NCBI RefSeq assembly: GCF_031769215.1
Contig: NW_026782247.1
Location: 310,001-374,000, forward strand
DNA from: Ylistrum balloti
Lineage: Eukaryota
Length of the DNA stretch: 64,000 nucleotides
Reading direction: 5' to 3'
This document shows positions 62,041-64,000 of this stretch, one piece after another (within the stretch, counting starts at the first letter, position 1; every line of letters begins with the position of its first letter). The position numbers and the translations under genes were made by a program. The notes beneath the pieces are model-generated. The model was not told the origin of the DNA. It did no database searches and saw only the letters and a program-made list of their open reading frames with translations.

Positions 62041-63477
62041 TATTCCTTGACATATTTACAAGGGATGGTTATGATGAATGTTATGAAAGGTTTACAGATT
62101 GTAATGAGATACAAAGTATTTAATTAATAATCATAGGAGGAGGGTGCATAGATATTATTGGAAATAGCTTGGAGGAAATGAAGATTGCTACTGGTTTTGG
62201 TGCAGAAAGTTTGAAGGTATTGTGATACAACAATAAACTTGCTTGTTTTTGGTCAACACAACTTCACAGTAAAACTTTTTTATTTCTTGAAGATGATATA
62301 TAGTCTGTGTTCTCTTTGTGTTTGTAGGATGAGGAACGAATATTTAAGGGTACAATGGTGCAGAGTTGTATTCCTCCTACCCAATACATCATTTACTTAA
62401 ACATGGACGGGATGACTTTGTTGAAGTACATCGTTGTGTTTATTTTGTTTATAGAATTACAGAGGTGTTGAACAAAGTTAAAGAACAAAAGACATTGTTG
62501 TACTTAAAGTACAAAGGATGTAGGTAGGACATACTAGCACACCTCTAGGTAAATGTACTATATCTCATTAATAGGTACTTTGGCTATTCCGATGGCCTCC
62601 CTAATTGACTCCTGGGCTGTTACATTTGCCCCATTAATTAGTGGTTGGCAGGTGAGCTGAGTGTTCCATGGTGAACCGAAGACTAGTGTGATGTATAGGC
62701 TACCTCATATATCACAGCTTAAGAAGACTGCTACACAAATCACTTAAGATCATCCCATCCTCTATCTTACTAACTGGTTCTCTGACAATACCAGTGTCAC
62801 TTGGCATAAAATGTTTAAAAACATTTGAACTATAAATTTTCTCTGCCAATATTTAGGTGTAAACATTATGCAGAATCAGATGGCAGAGCCAGGTCAAAGG
62901 GAAAGAGGTTGGTCAGAGTGATTCCCCTTTGATCAAAGGGAGATAACAATTAGTGATATCTTTTAAGTAGATTTTCTCCATGTTTCTTTCATTGTCTTAT
63001 TCTTCTACCAAATCCTACTTCCATCTAACCTATAAAGATTGGTTTTTCATCTCTGTTATCTACACTTCCTTTTGCCCCTTTCCATGCATTACAGTTAATT
63101 GCTGACCCTGGGACTATGTGATGCCACACAAGCCTGGCAATGGCCCCAACAGAAATTCCTTACAACAAGTAGCCAACTTTGATTTCAGCTCACCTGTACA
63201 TAGAATCAGGTTTTGAGAGTCAAAGTGATTGAAGATTAAATTGCTGACCCAGACAGTTTAGAGTTCAGTGCGTTGTACTGGGTCAGCGGTACTCTGAAGA
63301 TTTCTCTCAAATTTTCACCTGTATATAAAGTACTATCCACCAAAACATTAACAGTGTAGAAAATTTATCAGCAGTGTCTACCACATGTAATCTCAAAGAT
63401 TGTACAAAAGACAAAAAAGTCAATAGCGGCTTTCTAATTTAGAACTAAATAGAGCCAGACAATGAATTAAACTGCAT

Positions 63478-64000
63478 GGTATAGCTGTTACATCCTTCTA
63501 GGACTCGTCAGTGATACTACATCATACAGCTCTTTCGTCCATCTAGGACTCGTCAGTCATGCTACATCATACAGCTGTTTCGTCCTTCTAGGCCTGGTCA
63601 GTGATACTACATCATACAGCGATTTCGTCCTTCTAGGACTCATCAATGATGCTACATCATACAGCTGTTTCATCCTTCTAGGACTAGTCAGTGATTGTAC
63701 ATCATACAGCTGTTTCGTCCTTCTAGGCCTGGTCAGTGATTGTACATCATACGGCTGTTTCGTCCTTCTAGGACTAGTCAGTGATTGTACATCATACAGC
63801 TGTTTCGTCCTTCTAGGCCTGGTCAGTGATTGTACATCATACGGCTGTTTCGTCCTTCTAGGACTAGTCAGTGATTGTACATCATACAGCTGTTATGTCC
63901 TTCTAGGCCTGGTCAGTGATTGTACATCATACAGCTATTTCGTCCTTCTAGGACAAGTCAGTGATTGTACATCATACAGCTGTTTCGTCCTTCTAGGACT
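63478..64000. repeat. 45-bp minisatellite (CATCATACAGCTGTTTCGTCCTTCTAGGACTAGTCAGTGATTGTA), at least 11 copies, runs off the right edge
   Basis: Unit starts every 45 bp from 63520. GGACTAG and GGCCTGG variants alternate in the distal part. Confidence 0.95.

Larger units (their letters stand above)
1..64000 (+). other. Probable interior of one very long intron of an unidentified + strand gene
   Basis: No recognisable coding exon in 64 kb. Three exact 3'ss/5'ss fusion motifs lie on + (13520, 34596, 49588). The + strand looks T>A and G>C skewed by eye (not counted). Host gene cannot be identified from this window. Confidence 0.45.

Noticed and set aside
61710-62114. 134-aa ORF (SQPYLQSIF repeats)
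   Set aside because: Translation of the 27-bp array.
1-64000. Conserved metazoan miRNAs, rRNA and snRNA
   Set aside because: I found no match to mature sequences I can recall. An Infernal/Rfam scan would be needed to exclude them formally.

Overview
AT-rich eukaryotic DNA, most likely from a bivalve mollusc. Two tRNA-derived SINE families and the TGACCTTTGACC / AAGGGAGATAACTC-type repeats resemble scallop (Pectinidae) and other bivalve repeats as I remember them; this is not database-verified. I cannot support any recognisable protein-coding gene, and all long ORFs in the track that overlap minisatellites are artefacts. The window holds about 17 tandem arrays, 5 SINE copies, Helentron-type non-autonomous elements (HINEs), a fold-back element with tRNA-like arms and one 275-N gap. 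The most interesting signal is three exact, same-strand (+) motifs of the form polypyrimidine tract-CAG|GTAAGT at 13520, 34596 and 49588, spaced 21.1 and 15.0 kb apart, with no convincing coding exon in the window. This is the architecture of recursive-splicing ratchet points subdividing a very long intron, known from Drosophila and vertebrates and, to my knowledge, not described in molluscs. It is a sequence-based inference. Weaker AG|GT motifs also occur on both strands, so RNA data are needed.
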